Part shown: piece by piece, positions 1 through 10,533 of the stretch | How positions within the stretch are numbered: the stretch's first letter is position 1 | How the letters are laid out: each line of letters opens with the position of its first letter | DNA from: Acidobacteriota bacterium | Lineage (GTDB): Bacteria > Acidobacteriota > UBA6911 > RPQK01 > JAJDTT01 | DNA: 64,000 nt | Direction of reading: 5' to 3' | Assembly: GCA_965263035.1 (NCBI GenBank) | Contig: OZ253580.1 | Span: 2,208,001-2,272,000 of the forward strand | Made by a program: the position numbers and the translations under genes | The notes under the pieces: model-generated | Database searches by the model: none | What the model saw: the letters and a program-made list of their open reading frames with translations, nothing else | What the model was told of the DNA's origin: nothing

Positions 1-293
1 AACGCGAAATGTCCGGTCTCGAACATGAGGACGCGGTCCCCGCGAGAGAGCGTGTTCACCAGGGCCGCTTCCCAGGCGCCGGTCCCGGAGCAGGGATAGA
101 CGATGACCGGACCCTGAGTCCGAAACACGTCCCGGAGACGGCGCAGGACCCTTAGAGTCAGCTGCGCCAGTTCCGGTCCCCGATGGTCGCCGGTGGCGCG
201 GGACATGGCCCGCAGAACCCGGCCGGGAACGTTGGTGGGGCCTGGAATCTGGAGGAAATGGCGACCGGACCGGTACCCCTCGGAGTCAGGCAT
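1..293 (-). CDS. Class V PLP aminotransferase, serine--glyoxylate aminotransferase-like (5' part; runs off the window)
   Basis: Manual translation from ATG at 293: MPDSEGYRSGRHFLQIPGPTNVPGRVLRAM..DHRGPE..YPCSGTGAWEAALVNTLSRGDRVLMFETGHFA, a typical SgaA/AGT N-terminus. Not in the ORF track because it is truncated. Confidence 0.88.
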   Translation of the reverse strand, partial: MPDSEGYRSGRHFLQIPGPTNVPGRVLRAMSRATGDHRGPELAQLTLRVLRRLRDVFRTQGPVIVYPCSGTGAWEAALVNTLSRGDRVLMFETGHFA

Positions 294-334
294 GGGGACC
301 ACAGGATAGCAGCGCCGTGGGCGCGAATACAGGA

Positions 335-523
335 AGGAGGGGCGATTTCCAGTCGCCCCTTCCATTCTCGGTCCATGGGTACTCTGGAGTGCGGTGGTTG
401 GAAGTCGCTGCTTGTTCGGCGGTTGGAAACCGCCGTTCCTACGGGGCGGCTAGAAACCGCCGTTCCTGTTCGGCGGTTGGAAACCGGCGCTCCCTGCTTG
501 GCGGTTGGAAACCGGCGCTCACT
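335..523. repeat. REP-like cluster: one forward REP plus about five tandem reverse copies
   Basis: AGGAGGGGCGATTTCCAGTCGCCC (335-358), then ~26-29 bp tandem units of GGCGGTTGGAAACCGCCGTTCCT-like hairpins (391-523). Confidence 0.8.
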
Positions 524-604
524 GTATAGTAATTGGGACACGGGCGATCGGCCCGTCTGCCTGGTCGAATGCGTGGACGACTTTTTCCGCGAGCGGGTAA
601 TGCC

Positions 605-2494
605 ATGAAGAAAGCGATCCTTCTCCTCTCCTTCGTCGGGACTTTCCTCCCCCTCTCCGCCCAGAAGCTGAACCCGAAGGAGTACATTCGGGCCAATTAC
701 AGCAAGTTCGAGTACCGGATTCCCATGCGGGATGGAGTCCGGCTCTTCACCGCCGTCTACGTGCCCAACGACCGCTCCCGGACCCATCCGATCCTGCTCT
801 ATCGCACCCCTTACAGTTCCCGGCCCTACGGACCGGACCAGTACCGTTCCTCGCTGGGGCCCACCCCGCAATTCGCCCGGGACGGCTACATCTTCGTCTA
901 CCAGGACGTCCGGGGCCGGTACCTGTCCGAAGGCGAGTTCGTCCAGCTGACGCCCCATCTGACGGAGAAGAGCACCCCCCAGGACATCGACGAGAGCACC
1001 GACACCTACGACACCATCGAATGGCTGATCACCCACCTGCCGGGACACAACGGACGGGTGGGTCAGTGGGGCATCTCCTACCCCGGATTCTATACGGCGG
1101 CCGGCATGATCGACTCCCATCCGGCTCTGAAGGCGGCGTCTCCCCAGGCCCCCGTGGGCGACTTCTATTTCGACGACTTCCACCATCACGGCGCCTTCTT
1201 TCTGGCCCATGCCTTCACCTTCTTCGCCCGGCACGCCAAACCGAGGCCCGAACTCACGACCGAGCCGTTGCGCCCCTTCAAATTCCCCACGCCGGACGGA
1301 TACCAGTTCTTTCTGGACCTGGGACCCCTGTCGAACATCAACCGAGTGCACCTCAAGGGTGAGATCGAATTCTGGAACCGGATGATGGAGCACCCCCGTT
1401 ACGACTCGTTCTGGCGCGAGCGGGGCATCGTCCAGCATCTCAAGAACGTTCGCTGCGCGGTCATGACCGTGGGAGGCTGGTTCGACGCCGAGGATCTGTA
1501 TGGTCCGCTCCAGATCTACCGCTCGGTGGAGCGGAACAACCCGGACATCTCCAACGTCCTGGTGATGGGTCCGTGGGCCCACGGCGACTGGGGGAGACGA
1601 TCGGGCTCGGGGCTGGGCAACGCTCGCTTCGGTTTCGACACCTCCGACTTCTACCGCGAGCGGATCATTCGTCCCTTCTTCCGCCACCACCTGAAGGGAG
1701 AGGGCAAGGCGGACCTCCCCGAGGCCTACGTCTTCGAAACCGGCGCCAATCGGTGGCGGACCTTCGATTCCTGGCCTCCCCCCTCCCTGAAGCCGCACCG
1801 CCTCTACCTCCGGGGCCAGGGGAACCTATCCTCGCAGCCTCCGGAGACCGGTCAGGAGGGTTTCGACGAGTATGTCAGCGATCCGGCCAAGCCGGTCCCC
1901 TTCAGCCAGGACATCTCTCCCGGGATGACCCGGGAGTACATGACCGACGACCAGAGATTCGCGGCCCGCCGTCCCGACGTCCTGGCCTATCAGACCCCGG
2001 TTCTGGAACAGGACCTGACCCTGGCCGGACCGTTGGAGGCCGAACTCTGGGTCTCCACCACGGCCGGGGACGCCGACTGGGTGGTGAAACTCATCGACGT
2101 TCTTCCCGACTCGGCCCCCGACAACGATCCCAATCCCGGGAGGGTTCGGTTGGGGGGCTACCAGATGATGATCCGGAGTGAAGTGATCCGCGGACGTTTC
2201 CGGAATTCCTACGAGCACCCGGAGCCCTTCGAGCCGGGCCGTCCGACCCGGGTCCGGCTTCCCTTGCAGGACGTCTTCCACACCTTCAAGGCGGGACATC
2301 GGGTCATGGTCCAGATCCAGAGCAGTTGGTTTCCCCTGGTGGACCGGAACCCCCAGAAATTCGTTCCCAACATCTTCAAGGCGGGCGATGAGGATTTCAT
2401 CCGGGCGACCCACCGGGTCTACCACTCCCCCCGGTATCCCACCCATCTGAAGCTGGGCGTGATCGAGCCGGCGGACCACACGCCGGAGCCTTGA
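605..2494 (+). CDS. CocE/NonD family hydrolase (alpha-amino acid ester hydrolase / glutaryl-7-ACA acylase-like), secreted
   Basis: Signal peptide MKKAILLLSF..; IPMRDGVRL, RTPY, GISYPG nucleophile elbow, GGWFDAED, GPWAHG; C-terminal PepX-type domain. Start moved to ATG 605. Confidence 0.92.
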   Translation: MKKAILLLSFVGTFLPLSAQKLNPKEYIRANYSKFEYRIPMRDGVRLFTAVYVPNDRSRTHPILLYRTPYSSRPYGPDQYRSSLGPTPQFARDGYIFVYQDVRGRYLSEGEFVQLTPHLTEKSTPQDIDESTDTYDTIEWLITHLPGHNGRVGQWGISYPGFYTAAGMIDSHPALKAASPQAPVGDFYFDDFHHHGAFFLAHAFTFFARHAKPRPELTTEPLRPFKFPTPDGYQFFLDLGPLSNINRVHLKGEIEFWNRMMEHPRYDSFWRERGIVQHLKNVRCAVMTVGGWFDAEDLYGPLQIYRSVERNNPDISNVLVMGPWAHGDWGRRSGSGLGNARFGFDTSDFYRERIIRPFFRHHLKGEGKADLPEAYVFETGANRWRTFDSWPPPSLKPHRLYLRGQGNLSSQPPETGQEGFDEYVSDPAKPVPFSQDISPGMTREYMTDDQRFAARRPDVLAYQTPVLEQDLTLAGPLEAELWVSTTAGDADWVVKLIDVLPDSAPDNDPNPGRVRLGGYQMMIRSEVIRGRFRNSYEHPEPFEPGRPTRVRLPLQDVFHTFKAGHRVMVQIQSSWFPLVDRNPQKFVPNIFKAGDEDFIRATHRVYHSPRYPTHLKLGVIEPADHTPEP

Positions 2495-2535
2495 CTCCCT
2501 CGGGCAGGCGTGGCTAAATTGTTGAAAAGTAAATA

Positions 2536-3897
2536 ATGTTTCGCTTGGACACCCCGCGCCCGGTTCCCTTCTGCGACGGTTTCAGCCGGCGGGATTTTCT
2601 CCATGCCGGCGCCCTGTCGTGCCTGGGCCTGAGCCTGACCGACCTGTGCAGGCTCGAGGCCCGCGGCGCCGTGGACAAGAACCGCAACGTCAATTGCATC
2701 TTTCTCTTCCTGGTGGGCGGCCCGTCCCAGATCGACACCTGGGACATGAAGCCGGAGGCCCCGTCCGAGATCCGCGGACCCTACAAGCCCATCCCCACCA
2801 ACGTCCCCGGGATCCGAATCTCGGAGATCTTTCCCCGAATGGCCCGCCGTGCGGACCGGTATGCCCTGGTTCGATCCTTCCACCACAAGGTCCCCGCCCA
2901 TCCCCTGGCCCACTACCTGGTCCAGACCGGCCGGACCTTCTCTCCCGGGATCATCTACCCCAACCTGGGCTGTGCCACCGGTTTCCTGAAGGGCACCGAG
3001 TCCGAGTTGCCCCCTCATCTGGTCCTTCCCATTCCGCTGACGTCCCGGAAGGGACAGTCCGCCGGTTTCCTGGGCAAGACCCATGATCCCTTCCTGATCC
3101 ACTCCGATCCCTCCCGGGACGACTTCCGGATTCAGGATCTGGTACCGCCGGAGTACGTCTCCGCCATCCGGGTGGAACGGGCCCGATCCTTCCGGAACGT
3201 GGTCGACCGAGCATTCCGGAACTTCGAAAACGGGAGCGCCGGCACGCGGCTCCTGGATTCCGCGTACCACCAGGCCTACGGCATCGTCTCCTCGGCCGAG
3301 GCCCGGGCGGCGTTCGACCTCCAGGCGGAGGAGGACCAGCTGCGGGACCGCTACGGGCGGAACCGGTTCGGCCAGAGCTGCCTCCTGGCGCGGCGTCTGG
3401 TGGAGTCGGGCGTCCGTTTCGTGACCATCAACATGTTCGACGATTTCGGGGGCGGCATCTCCTGGGACGTCCACGGGTCGTCTCCTTTCAGTCCCATCAC
3501 CGAGCTGGACAAGCTGGGATCCATGTTCGACAACGCCTACACTTCCCTGATCGAGGACCTCCACGACCGGGGACTGCTGGACGAGACCCTGGTGGTGGCC
3601 ATGGGAGAATTCGGGAGGACTCCCAAGATCAACCCGGCCGGGGGACGGGACCACTGGCCGTCGGTCTCCACCATCATCCTGGCGGGAGGGGGCATCCAGG
3701 GCGGACAGGTGGTCGGTTCTTCGGATCGAATCGCCGCGGAGCCTCGCGATCGGCCCGTGGGACCCCAGGAAGTCCTGGCCACCATCTACAAATCCCTGGG
3801 GATCGACCTCCACACCGAGCTGCCCGGTCCCCAGAGCCGGCCCATTCCCATCGTGGACATCGGCGTGGAGCCGATTCACGAACTCTTTGGCGCCTGA
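2536..3897 (+). CDS. DUF1501 domain protein (Tat-like SRRDFL)
   Basis: GGPSQIDTWDMKP, FGQSCLLARRLVESGVRFV, GEFGRTPKIN..GRDHW motifs. Confidence 0.92.
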   Translation: MFRLDTPRPVPFCDGFSRRDFLHAGALSCLGLSLTDLCRLEARGAVDKNRNVNCIFLFLVGGPSQIDTWDMKPEAPSEIRGPYKPIPTNVPGIRISEIFPRMARRADRYALVRSFHHKVPAHPLAHYLVQTGRTFSPGIIYPNLGCATGFLKGTESELPPHLVLPIPLTSRKGQSAGFLGKTHDPFLIHSDPSRDDFRIQDLVPPEYVSAIRVERARSFRNVVDRAFRNFENGSAGTRLLDSAYHQAYGIVSSAEARAAFDLQAEEDQLRDRYGRNRFGQSCLLARRLVESGVRFVTINMFDDFGGGISWDVHGSSPFSPITELDKLGSMFDNAYTSLIEDLHDRGLLDETLVVAMGEFGRTPKINPAGGRDHWPSVSTIILAGGGIQGGQVVGSSDRIAAEPRDRPVGPQEVLATIYKSLGIDLHTELPGPQSRPIPIVDIGVEPIHELFGA

Positions 3898-6338
3898 TGA
3901 TCTGGCTTTTCTGTCTTTTGGCGGGTGCACTCCTCCAAGCCGAGCCCGAACCGCTCAGGCTGCTTCCGGAGGAGATCGTTCTCTCGGGACCCAGAGCTAC
4001 CCAACGGCTGGTGGTGGTGGAGTCGGCGGCCGGCGAGGGATCGGTCCGGGACTGGACGGACGAAGCGCGTTTCGTGGTTGCGGACCCGGCGGTCGCTGCG
4101 ATGCAGGGACCGGCCACGGTCACGTCCGTCTCGGATGGAAGCACCACCCTCCAGACCCATCTGCCGGACGGACGCAAGGCGAGCGTCCGGATCCGGGTCC
4201 TAGGGTCCACTAAACCCTTTCGGTGGAGCTTTCGAAACCACGTACTGCCGGCTCTCACCAAAGCCGGATGCAATTCAGGCTCCTGCCACGGGGCGGCCTC
4301 GGGGCAGAACTACCTGAAGCTGAGCCTGAGGGGCTACGCTCCCGAAGCCGATCATGCGGCGCTCACCCGGGAGGGAGCTGGCCGGCGAGTCCTGACGCTG
4401 CAACCGGCTCGAAGCCTCATGCTTCTGAAGCCCACCCTGGCGGTCCCCCACGGCGGCGGCCGGCGCCTGGCGGTGCCCTCCCGGAACTACCAGGTGCTGT
4501 CCGAGTGGATTGCCACGGGAGCCGCACCCCCGCGGCCGACGGACCGGCGGGTCGCAAGCCTCCGGGTGCTCCCGCCGCGCCTCCGGCTCCAACCCGGGCA
4601 ACGGCATGGGATCCTGGTTCAGGCCGTCTTCGATGACGGGGCCCGGGAGGACGTGACCCACTGGGCCAAATTTTCCTCCACCGACTCGGGCATTCTGAGC
4701 GTCAGCGAGACGGGAGTGACTGAGGCCCGGGGTCCGGGAGAGGCTTCGGTCTCCGTCTGGTGCCTGGACCAAGTGGCCGCAGCCAGGGTCACGATTCCCA
4801 TCGCGAAAGGATTCTCCCCTGACGTCTACGCCAGCGCTCCCCGCTACAACCGGATCGACGATCTGGTCCTGGAAAAGCTGGAAGACCTGGGGCTCCCACC
4901 CTACCGGCTCTCCAACGACCATCATTTCGTCCGCCGAGCCTACCTGGACACCATCGGAGTCCTGCCCGGCATCCGGGAGGCAAAGCAGTTCGTTCAGGAC
5001 TCGAATCCGGACAAGCGGGCGAGCTTGATCGATTCCCTGCTGGAGCGGCCTGAGTTCGTGGACTACTGGACCTACAAGTGGTGTGACCTGCTGTTGGTCT
5101 CCAGCAGCAAGCTGAAGGCCCCCGCCTACCGGATCTTTTACGACTGGATCCGTGAGAGCGTGGCCGAGAACAAGCCCTGGGACCGCTTCGTCCGGGAGCT
5201 CGTGATCGCCTCGGGGAGCAACTACCGAAACGGGGCCGCCAACTACTGGGTGATGCACGACGAGGCCACCAAGGCGACGGAAAACATCACCCACACCTTT
5301 CTGGGGATCTCCGTGGCCTGCGCCCGCTGCCACAATCACCCCCTGGACAAATGGACGCAGGAGGACTACTACGGGCTCTCCAGCTTCTTCTCCCGGGTGG
5401 GGCGCAAACCGGGAGATCGGGGAGACGTGATCGTTTTCGAGAGCCTGACCGGAGAAGTCCCCTTCCCGGGACGGCAGAGTGCGCTCCCTCCGCGCCCTCT
5501 GGAGGGGAACCCGCTGGCCGAGAACGCTTCCGGCAACCGGCGGCAACACTTCGCCGACTGGCTGACCTCGCCGGAAAACCGCTACTTCCTGCGGGCCACC
5601 GTGAACCGGGTCTGGCACCACTTCCTGGGCCGGGGCCTGGTGGAGCCGGTGGACGACCTCCGGCAGACCAACCCCGCCTCCAATGAAGACCTGATGGACG
5701 CCTTGATCCAGGACTTCACGAAACATGGCTTCGACCTCCGGCATCTGATCCGGACCATCATGAACTCGGCAACCTATCAGGCCGGCGCCGGAGGCAGCGG
5801 TCCAGGGGAACTGGCGGAGAAGTACCACTCGCGCTTCCACATCCGCCGGCTGCCGGCCGAAGTGATCCTGGACATGATCTGCCAGGTCACGGGCGTGCCG
5901 GAGCGCTTTCCCGGATTTCCCCCCGGCACCCGGGCCCTACAACTCCCCGACACCCGCGTGGCCTCCAACTTCCTCTCGACCTTCGGCCGGCCGCCGCGGG
6001 AGATCAATGCCCATGCCGAACGGGTGAAGGAGCCCACGGTGAACCAGGCCCTCAATCTGATTCATGGAGAAGGGCTCCACCAGAAGCTCCGGTCGAAATC
6101 CGGGACCTTGAGCCGGGCCCTGGAGCAGGGGCTCACCCGGCAGCAGGTGATCCAAGACCTGTACTGGGCCGCCCTGAGCCGGCCTCCGGCCGAGGCTGAG
6201 ATGAGGGAATTGTTGGAAACCCTGGGTCCCTCCCAGTCCGAATCTTCCAGCGGCGAGATCACGGACGCGGATCGGAGCGGACTGGTGGACTTGGCTCTGG
6301 GAATCCTCACCAGCAAGGAATTCCTCTTCAACCACTGA
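3897..6338 (+). CDS. DUF1549/DUF1553 (PSD1) protein with N-terminal Ig-like (Big_2) domains
   Basis: GCNSGSCHG, RRAYLDTIG..P, CARCHNHP, NRVWHHFLGRGLVEPVDD, terminal EFLFNH; overlaps the neighbouring stop/start codons. Confidence 0.9.
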   Translation: MIWLFCLLAGALLQAEPEPLRLLPEEIVLSGPRATQRLVVVESAAGEGSVRDWTDEARFVVADPAVAAMQGPATVTSVSDGSTTLQTHLPDGRKASVRIRVLGSTKPFRWSFRNHVLPALTKAGCNSGSCHGAASGQNYLKLSLRGYAPEADHAALTREGAGRRVLTLQPARSLMLLKPTLAVPHGGGRRLAVPSRNYQVLSEWIATGAAPPRPTDRRVASLRVLPPRLRLQPGQRHGILVQAVFDDGAREDVTHWAKFSSTDSGILSVSETGVTEARGPGEASVSVWCLDQVAAARVTIPIAKGFSPDVYASAPRYNRIDDLVLEKLEDLGLPPYRLSNDHHFVRRAYLDTIGVLPGIREAKQFVQDSNPDKRASLIDSLLERPEFVDYWTYKWCDLLLVSSSKLKAPAYRIFYDWIRESVAENKPWDRFVRELVIASGSNYRNGAANYWVMHDEATKATENITHTFLGISVACARCHNHPLDKWTQEDYYGLSSFFSRVGRKPGDRGDVIVFESLTGEVPFPGRQSALPPRPLEGNPLAENASGNRRQHFADWLTSPENRYFLRATVNRVWHHFLGRGLVEPVDDLRQTNPASNEDLMDALIQDFTKHGFDLRHLIRTIMNSATYQAGAGGSGPGELAEKYHSRFHIRRLPAEVILDMICQVTGVPERFPGFPPGTRALQLPDTRVASNFLSTFGRPPREINAHAERVKEPTVNQALNLIHGEGLHQKLRSKSGTLSRALEQGLTRQQVIQDLYWAALSRPPAEAEMRELLETLGPSQSESSSGEITDADRSGLVDLALGILTSKEFLFNH

Positions 6339-8755
6339 TGCGAACTCCTGCCGGCAGCCTGATTCTCAGTCTTCTGCTTCAAGTTCCGGGGTACCCGGCG
6401 GGGAAAGGCGCCGCCACCGGCCTGGAGTTCTCCCCTTCTCCCATCGTCTATCAGGTCAGCCCCCTGGGAGCACAGGTCGGCGCCTCGACCTGGATCACCG
6501 TGGAGGGGATCAACCTGGAGGATTCGCCTCGCCTCATCTTCAGCCGGAAGGGAGTCGAGGCCACCGCCACGGCGATCGAACCGGCTCCCAATCCTCCCTA
6601 TCGAACCCCCCGGCAACGGGTCCGGATTCGGTTGGACGTGGATTCCGAGGCGGAGATCGGAAGCCATGGATTTCGGATGAAGACCGTCTACGGCACCAGC
6701 AACTGGGTGCGCTTCGCCCTGGGAACGCTGCCCCAGATCGAAGCCATGGAGCCCGAGGAGAAACACCCGGATGGCAGGGAGATCACGCTTCCCGTCACCG
6801 TCGAGGGGCGGCTCGACCGGGGAACCCGGGGAGACGTTTTCCGCTTCCGCGGCGAGTCGGGACAGGAACTGGTTTTTCGAGTGGAAGCGTCCTCCCTGGG
6901 ATCCCGGATGGACTCGGTGCTGGAGTTCATGGACGGCGAGGGCCAGGTTCTGGCCCGAAACGACAACTTCTTCCCCGGGAGCGTGGACTCGGTGCTGGCC
7001 GTCACCTGTCCCCGCGACGGCGAATACCGGATTCGCATCTCCGACCGGGCAGGACGGGGAGGACGCGCTTTCGCCTATCGTCTGACTTTAGGCCGGCTCC
7101 CCTTCCTGACAGGCGTCTTCCCCCTGGGGTTGCGCCGGGGGAGCCGAGAAGAGCTGGCCGTCACCGGCCACAACCTGGGAGGCCGGACAACGATCCGATG
7201 GGACGATCTCCCTCCGGACACAGGGAAGGACACTCTCCAGGTCCGGCTCCGAACCCCTCTGGGGCCGAGCCTCAACACCCTGCCCGTGGTTCTGGGGGAC
7301 ACTCCCGAGATCCTGGAGGCGGAACCCAACGACGCGGTGACGAACGCCCAGCCGCTCCCGGTTCCGGTGACCGTGAACGGCCGCACCGGCGCTCCCGGCG
7401 ACCAGGATCTGTTCTCTTTCGCGGCTCGCCGGGACGAAACCCTGATTCTGGAAGTCTGGGCCCGCCGCCTCTCTTCTCCCCTTGACTCGGTTCTGCAGGT
7501 GCTGGACGTGGAGGGACGGCCGGTTCCCGGAGCCGTCCTGGAAGTGTTGTCCGAGGACTTCCACGACGGCACGTTGAGCGCGAGCAATCTCTTTCTGAAC
7601 CGCTTCGGATTGAAGGACGACACCCGCTACTACCCCCTGGATTTCGTTCTCCTGGACCGGAGGGAGCTGATCCGCCTGGAACGCTCCATCCGCCGGGCGG
7701 ACCACTTTTCGGTGGCCCAGGGCATCCTGGGAAAACGGATCAGCTGGCTGGGGACGGACCCTCAGAATCATCCCATCAACGGAAGCGTCCACAAGGTCCT
7801 GGTGCGGGATCCCGGCACTCCCGTGAGCGAGGAACTCTTTCCTGCCGTGACCCTCCCCTACCGGAACGACGACGGCGGGCCGCTGACGGGGAAAGACTCC
7901 TATCTCCTGTTCCGGGCTCGTATGGACGGAACCTACCTGGCCCAGCTGGGCGGCCTGGGCGGCGCCGGTGGTCCCCGGTATGCCTACCGCCTCACCATCC
8001 GGCGGGCCGAACCCGACTTTCGGCTCTTTCTGGACGATGGATATCTGCTCTATATAGACGGGCGGGCCACCGGAGCTCGAAACCCCAACGTGCCCCGGGG
8101 CGGCAGCGTGCCCCTGACCGTTTCGGCGGCTCGCACGGAGGGTTTCGAGGGTCCTATTCGGGTCCGGTTGGAGGATCTGCCTCCGGGATTTCACGCCACC
8201 GAGGGACTCATCCGGCCTCGGGAGATGGTCACCACCCTGGTTCTCTCGGCCCTGGAGACCGCGCAGGAACCGGACGAACCATTTCGACTTCGGGTCGTGG
8301 GCGAGGCGGTCATCGGCGGGCGGACCGTCAGCCGCACTGCGACCGACCCGGCGGAGCCCCTGAATCTGGTGTCCCTGGCGCCCAGTCCTCCCATCGTTCC
8401 CCGGATTGAACCGCCCAATCCGGTCATCCGGCCCGGCGAGAACATCCGGTTGACCATTCACATTCAGCGGAATCACGGCTTCCGTCTGGATGTGCCCTTC
8501 ATCCTCCAGAACCGGCCGGCCGGCATCTGGGTCGAGGACAGTGGATCCAACGGAATCGTGATCTCGAAGGACGAGACGAGCCGGACGCTGACGCTGAGAG
8601 CGGATCCCTGGGTCGAGCCCATGACCTTTCCGCTTCTGGCCGTGGGGCGGATCAAGAGCGAGGCGGTTCGCAAGCGGAGGAGCGGAGCCAAGGCGGAGTC
8701 GGCCGATTACACCACCCTGCCCCTCCCGGTCAGGGTGGCGCCCCGGGAGGATTGA
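6338..8755 (+). CDS. PPC (pre-peptidase C-terminal) repeat-containing secreted protein
   Basis: EAEPND..AQ, DQDLFSF, LDSVL, NDD motifs; the usual partner of DUF1501/PSD1 clusters. Confidence 0.8.
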   Translation: MRTPAGSLILSLLLQVPGYPAGKGAATGLEFSPSPIVYQVSPLGAQVGASTWITVEGINLEDSPRLIFSRKGVEATATAIEPAPNPPYRTPRQRVRIRLDVDSEAEIGSHGFRMKTVYGTSNWVRFALGTLPQIEAMEPEEKHPDGREITLPVTVEGRLDRGTRGDVFRFRGESGQELVFRVEASSLGSRMDSVLEFMDGEGQVLARNDNFFPGSVDSVLAVTCPRDGEYRIRISDRAGRGGRAFAYRLTLGRLPFLTGVFPLGLRRGSREELAVTGHNLGGRTTIRWDDLPPDTGKDTLQVRLRTPLGPSLNTLPVVLGDTPEILEAEPNDAVTNAQPLPVPVTVNGRTGAPGDQDLFSFAARRDETLILEVWARRLSSPLDSVLQVLDVEGRPVPGAVLEVLSEDFHDGTLSASNLFLNRFGLKDDTRYYPLDFVLLDRRELIRLERSIRRADHFSVAQGILGKRISWLGTDPQNHPINGSVHKVLVRDPGTPVSEELFPAVTLPYRNDDGGPLTGKDSYLLFRARMDGTYLAQLGGLGGAGGPRYAYRLTIRRAEPDFRLFLDDGYLLYIDGRATGARNPNVPRGGSVPLTVSAARTEGFEGPIRVRLEDLPPGFHATEGLIRPREMVTTLVLSALETAQEPDEPFRLRVVGEAVIGGRTVSRTATDPAEPLNLVSLAPSPPIVPRIEPPNPVIRPGENIRLTIHIQRNHGFRLDVPFILQNRPAGIWVEDSGSNGIVISKDETSRTLTLRADPWVEPMTFPLLAVGRIKSEAVRKRRSGAKAESADYTTLPLPVRVAPRED

Positions 8756-8773
8756 CGTGGCCGGGAATTCGCA

Positions 8774-9397
8774 TCAGAAACCGATGGTCCGGTTGCCGGG
8801 CAGCCGAACCTGGCCGCCGATGAGCCGGTTGCCGCTCTTCTTGCTCTTGAGATAGAAGAAACCCTCGACGGTCTGGCCTGGAGCCACGCTGGCCGCCTGG
8901 ATCTCGTACCGGTCCAACAGCTCCCGGAGCTCCTTCACCTTTCCCACGTGGACGATGCCCGGGCCGCCCCCGCCACCGATCGTGGTCCTCCTCTCCCCGT
9001 AAGGACGCCGTCGGGGACTGAAGACGGGACCGCCGGCTGAGGTCCGCAGGCTGACGCCGGGGCCGCCGCCACCACCCTGATAGTACTTGACCATCTTGGG
9101 CGTGAGCTCGGCGGCGCCGACGCGTTTGAGGGTCTTCCCCTTGGGATCGTGGACCGTCATCCGTTCAGGGTCCAACGAGAAACCGGCGGTGGAAGCGTTG
9201 CGGACCTGAACCCGCACAACGGCAAATCCCTCATGGAAGACCTGGTAGGGGAAGTCGTCGGGAAGATCTCTACGGACCACGGAGGCGGCTGAAACGAAGA
9301 TCCCCTTCTCGATCTCCACCTCGTCCGCTTGGACGGTCCCGGACAGAAGGAAAAGGGTGGCTGCGAGAATCGGACCCACGGACAGTGTCTTTCTCAT
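8774..9397 (-). CDS. Hypothetical exported protein
   Basis: ATG 9397 with upstream GGAGG; signal peptide ending VQA-D; Gly-rich internal linker. Confidence 0.65.
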   Translation of the reverse strand: MRKTLSVGPILAATLFLLSGTVQADEVEIEKGIFVSAASVVRRDLPDDFPYQVFHEGFAVVRVQVRNASTAGFSLDPERMTVHDPKGKTLKRVGAAELTPKMVKYYQGGGGGPGVSLRTSAGGPVFSPRRRPYGERRTTIGGGGGPGIVHVGKVKELRELLDRYEIQAASVAPGQTVEGFFYLKSKKSGNRLIGGQVRLPGNRTIGF

Positions 9398-9402
9398 GGC
9401 AT

Positions 9403-10533
9403 CTATTCCTCCACTGTCAATCGGGCGCAACGGATGTGGGTGATGCAGGCCTGGGTGCACCACCAACTGGCCAGGAGGTCTCCTCCCGGCAGACGAACCA
9501 GATTGGGCTTGCCGAAGGCGATGTTGTCATGACTGGCCGGATACTCCGGCTTGCGGTCGACGCCCAGGAACTCCTGCCCCACGGCGTCCCAGACCATCAC
9601 CTGGTGTTCCAGGTCCCAGGTCCGGCCCCCGTCTTCGCTCAGAGTCACCAGGACACCCGGCTTCATCCTCTCCCGAATCGAGTAGGCCGCCCCCAGGACC
9701 CCCTCTCCCAGATCCGCGGCCCAACTCGTCTGGGCCGGAATGGTGGTGGGCAGGGGCTTCTCCCAGCGGGCTCCCGAGGTGTCGGAACGGACGAAATGGA
9801 GGGGATAATTCTCCTGCCCGCCGATGCTCTGGGTCCATTGAAGGGCACAGATGCGGCCGTCCAACATCCGGCTGTAGCGGCTGTGAGAGTACATCCGGGA
9901 CGGGTCGGACGCACTGGGGAAATCGATCTGCTCCCCCCAGGTCGACCCGCCGTCCCTGGAGAACAGGGCAGAGCCCCTGATGTGCAGGGGGGACGTGTCG
10001 TTCCACGATTTCCAGCGCTCCAACGCCAGGAACAGGGAACCGTCATTGAGTTCGATCACGTTGGACGGAGCGTCCGCCACTCCTCCGCCTCCCACTTCGA
10101 TCACCTGGGGAGGGGACCAGGTCCGGCCCAGGTCCGCAGAGCGAAACAGCACCAGCTCGAAGGGCTTCAGACCTCCGGTCTCGGGATTGAACCGGAACAT
10201 CTGATCCTGCGTGGCTCGAAAACGGTGGGCCACCAGAAGCAGCGTCCCGTCCCGGAGGAGCGTCCCGTGGGGGGCGCTGTAGGAATGGGGCGTGCTCTCC
10301 TGTTGCGGGTCCCAGAGATCCCCCTCCTCGACCCAGGTCTCGCCGCCGTCCTCGGACCGGAGCAGGGCCAGCCTTCCGTCCAGGGAGTAGAACGCCTGGC
10401 CCAACCGGTAGAAACAGAGCAGTTCCCGTTCCGAGATGGGGACCACGTTGGGGAGATAGGCGCAGACGGCTTGATGTCCGGGATGAAGATTGCGGTAGAG
10501 AATGGACTCGGAAACGATTCTCAGCCGCCTCAC
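9403..10533 (-). CDS. Sialidase/BNR (Asp-box) repeat beta-propeller protein
   Basis: Five Asp-boxes: SEDGGETW, SADLGRTW, SRDGGSTW, SDTSGARW, SEDGGRTW. Start uncertain (GTG 10533 or 10569). Confidence 0.85.
   Translation of the reverse strand: MRRLRIVSESILYRNLHPGHQAVCAYLPNVVPISERELLCFYRLGQAFYSLDGRLALLRSEDGGETWVEEGDLWDPQQESTPHSYSAPHGTLLRDGTLLLVAHRFRATQDQMFRFNPETGGLKPFELVLFRSADLGRTWSPPQVIEVGGGGVADAPSNVIELNDGSLFLALERWKSWNDTSPLHIRGSALFSRDGGSTWGEQIDFPSASDPSRMYSHSRYSRMLDGRICALQWTQSIGGQENYPLHFVRSDTSGARWEKPLPTTIPAQTSWAADLGEGVLGAAYSIRERMKPGVLVTLSEDGGRTWDLEHQVMVWDAVGQEFLGVDRKPEYPASHDNIAFGKPNLVRLPGGDLLASWWCTQACITHIRCARLTVEE

Noticed and set aside
391-523. Tandem palindromic repeats resembling a mini-CRISPR
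   Set aside because: Units are separated by only a few nt rather than 30-40 nt unique spacers, there are no cas genes, and the same motif is dispersed as REPs.
158-1798. Long antisense or alternate-frame ORFs (also 2419-3930, 12604-15063, 24270-26177, 45365-48262, 60485-62998 and others)
   Set aside because: Shadow ORFs opposite well-supported genes, expected in high-GC DNA; no recognisable motifs.
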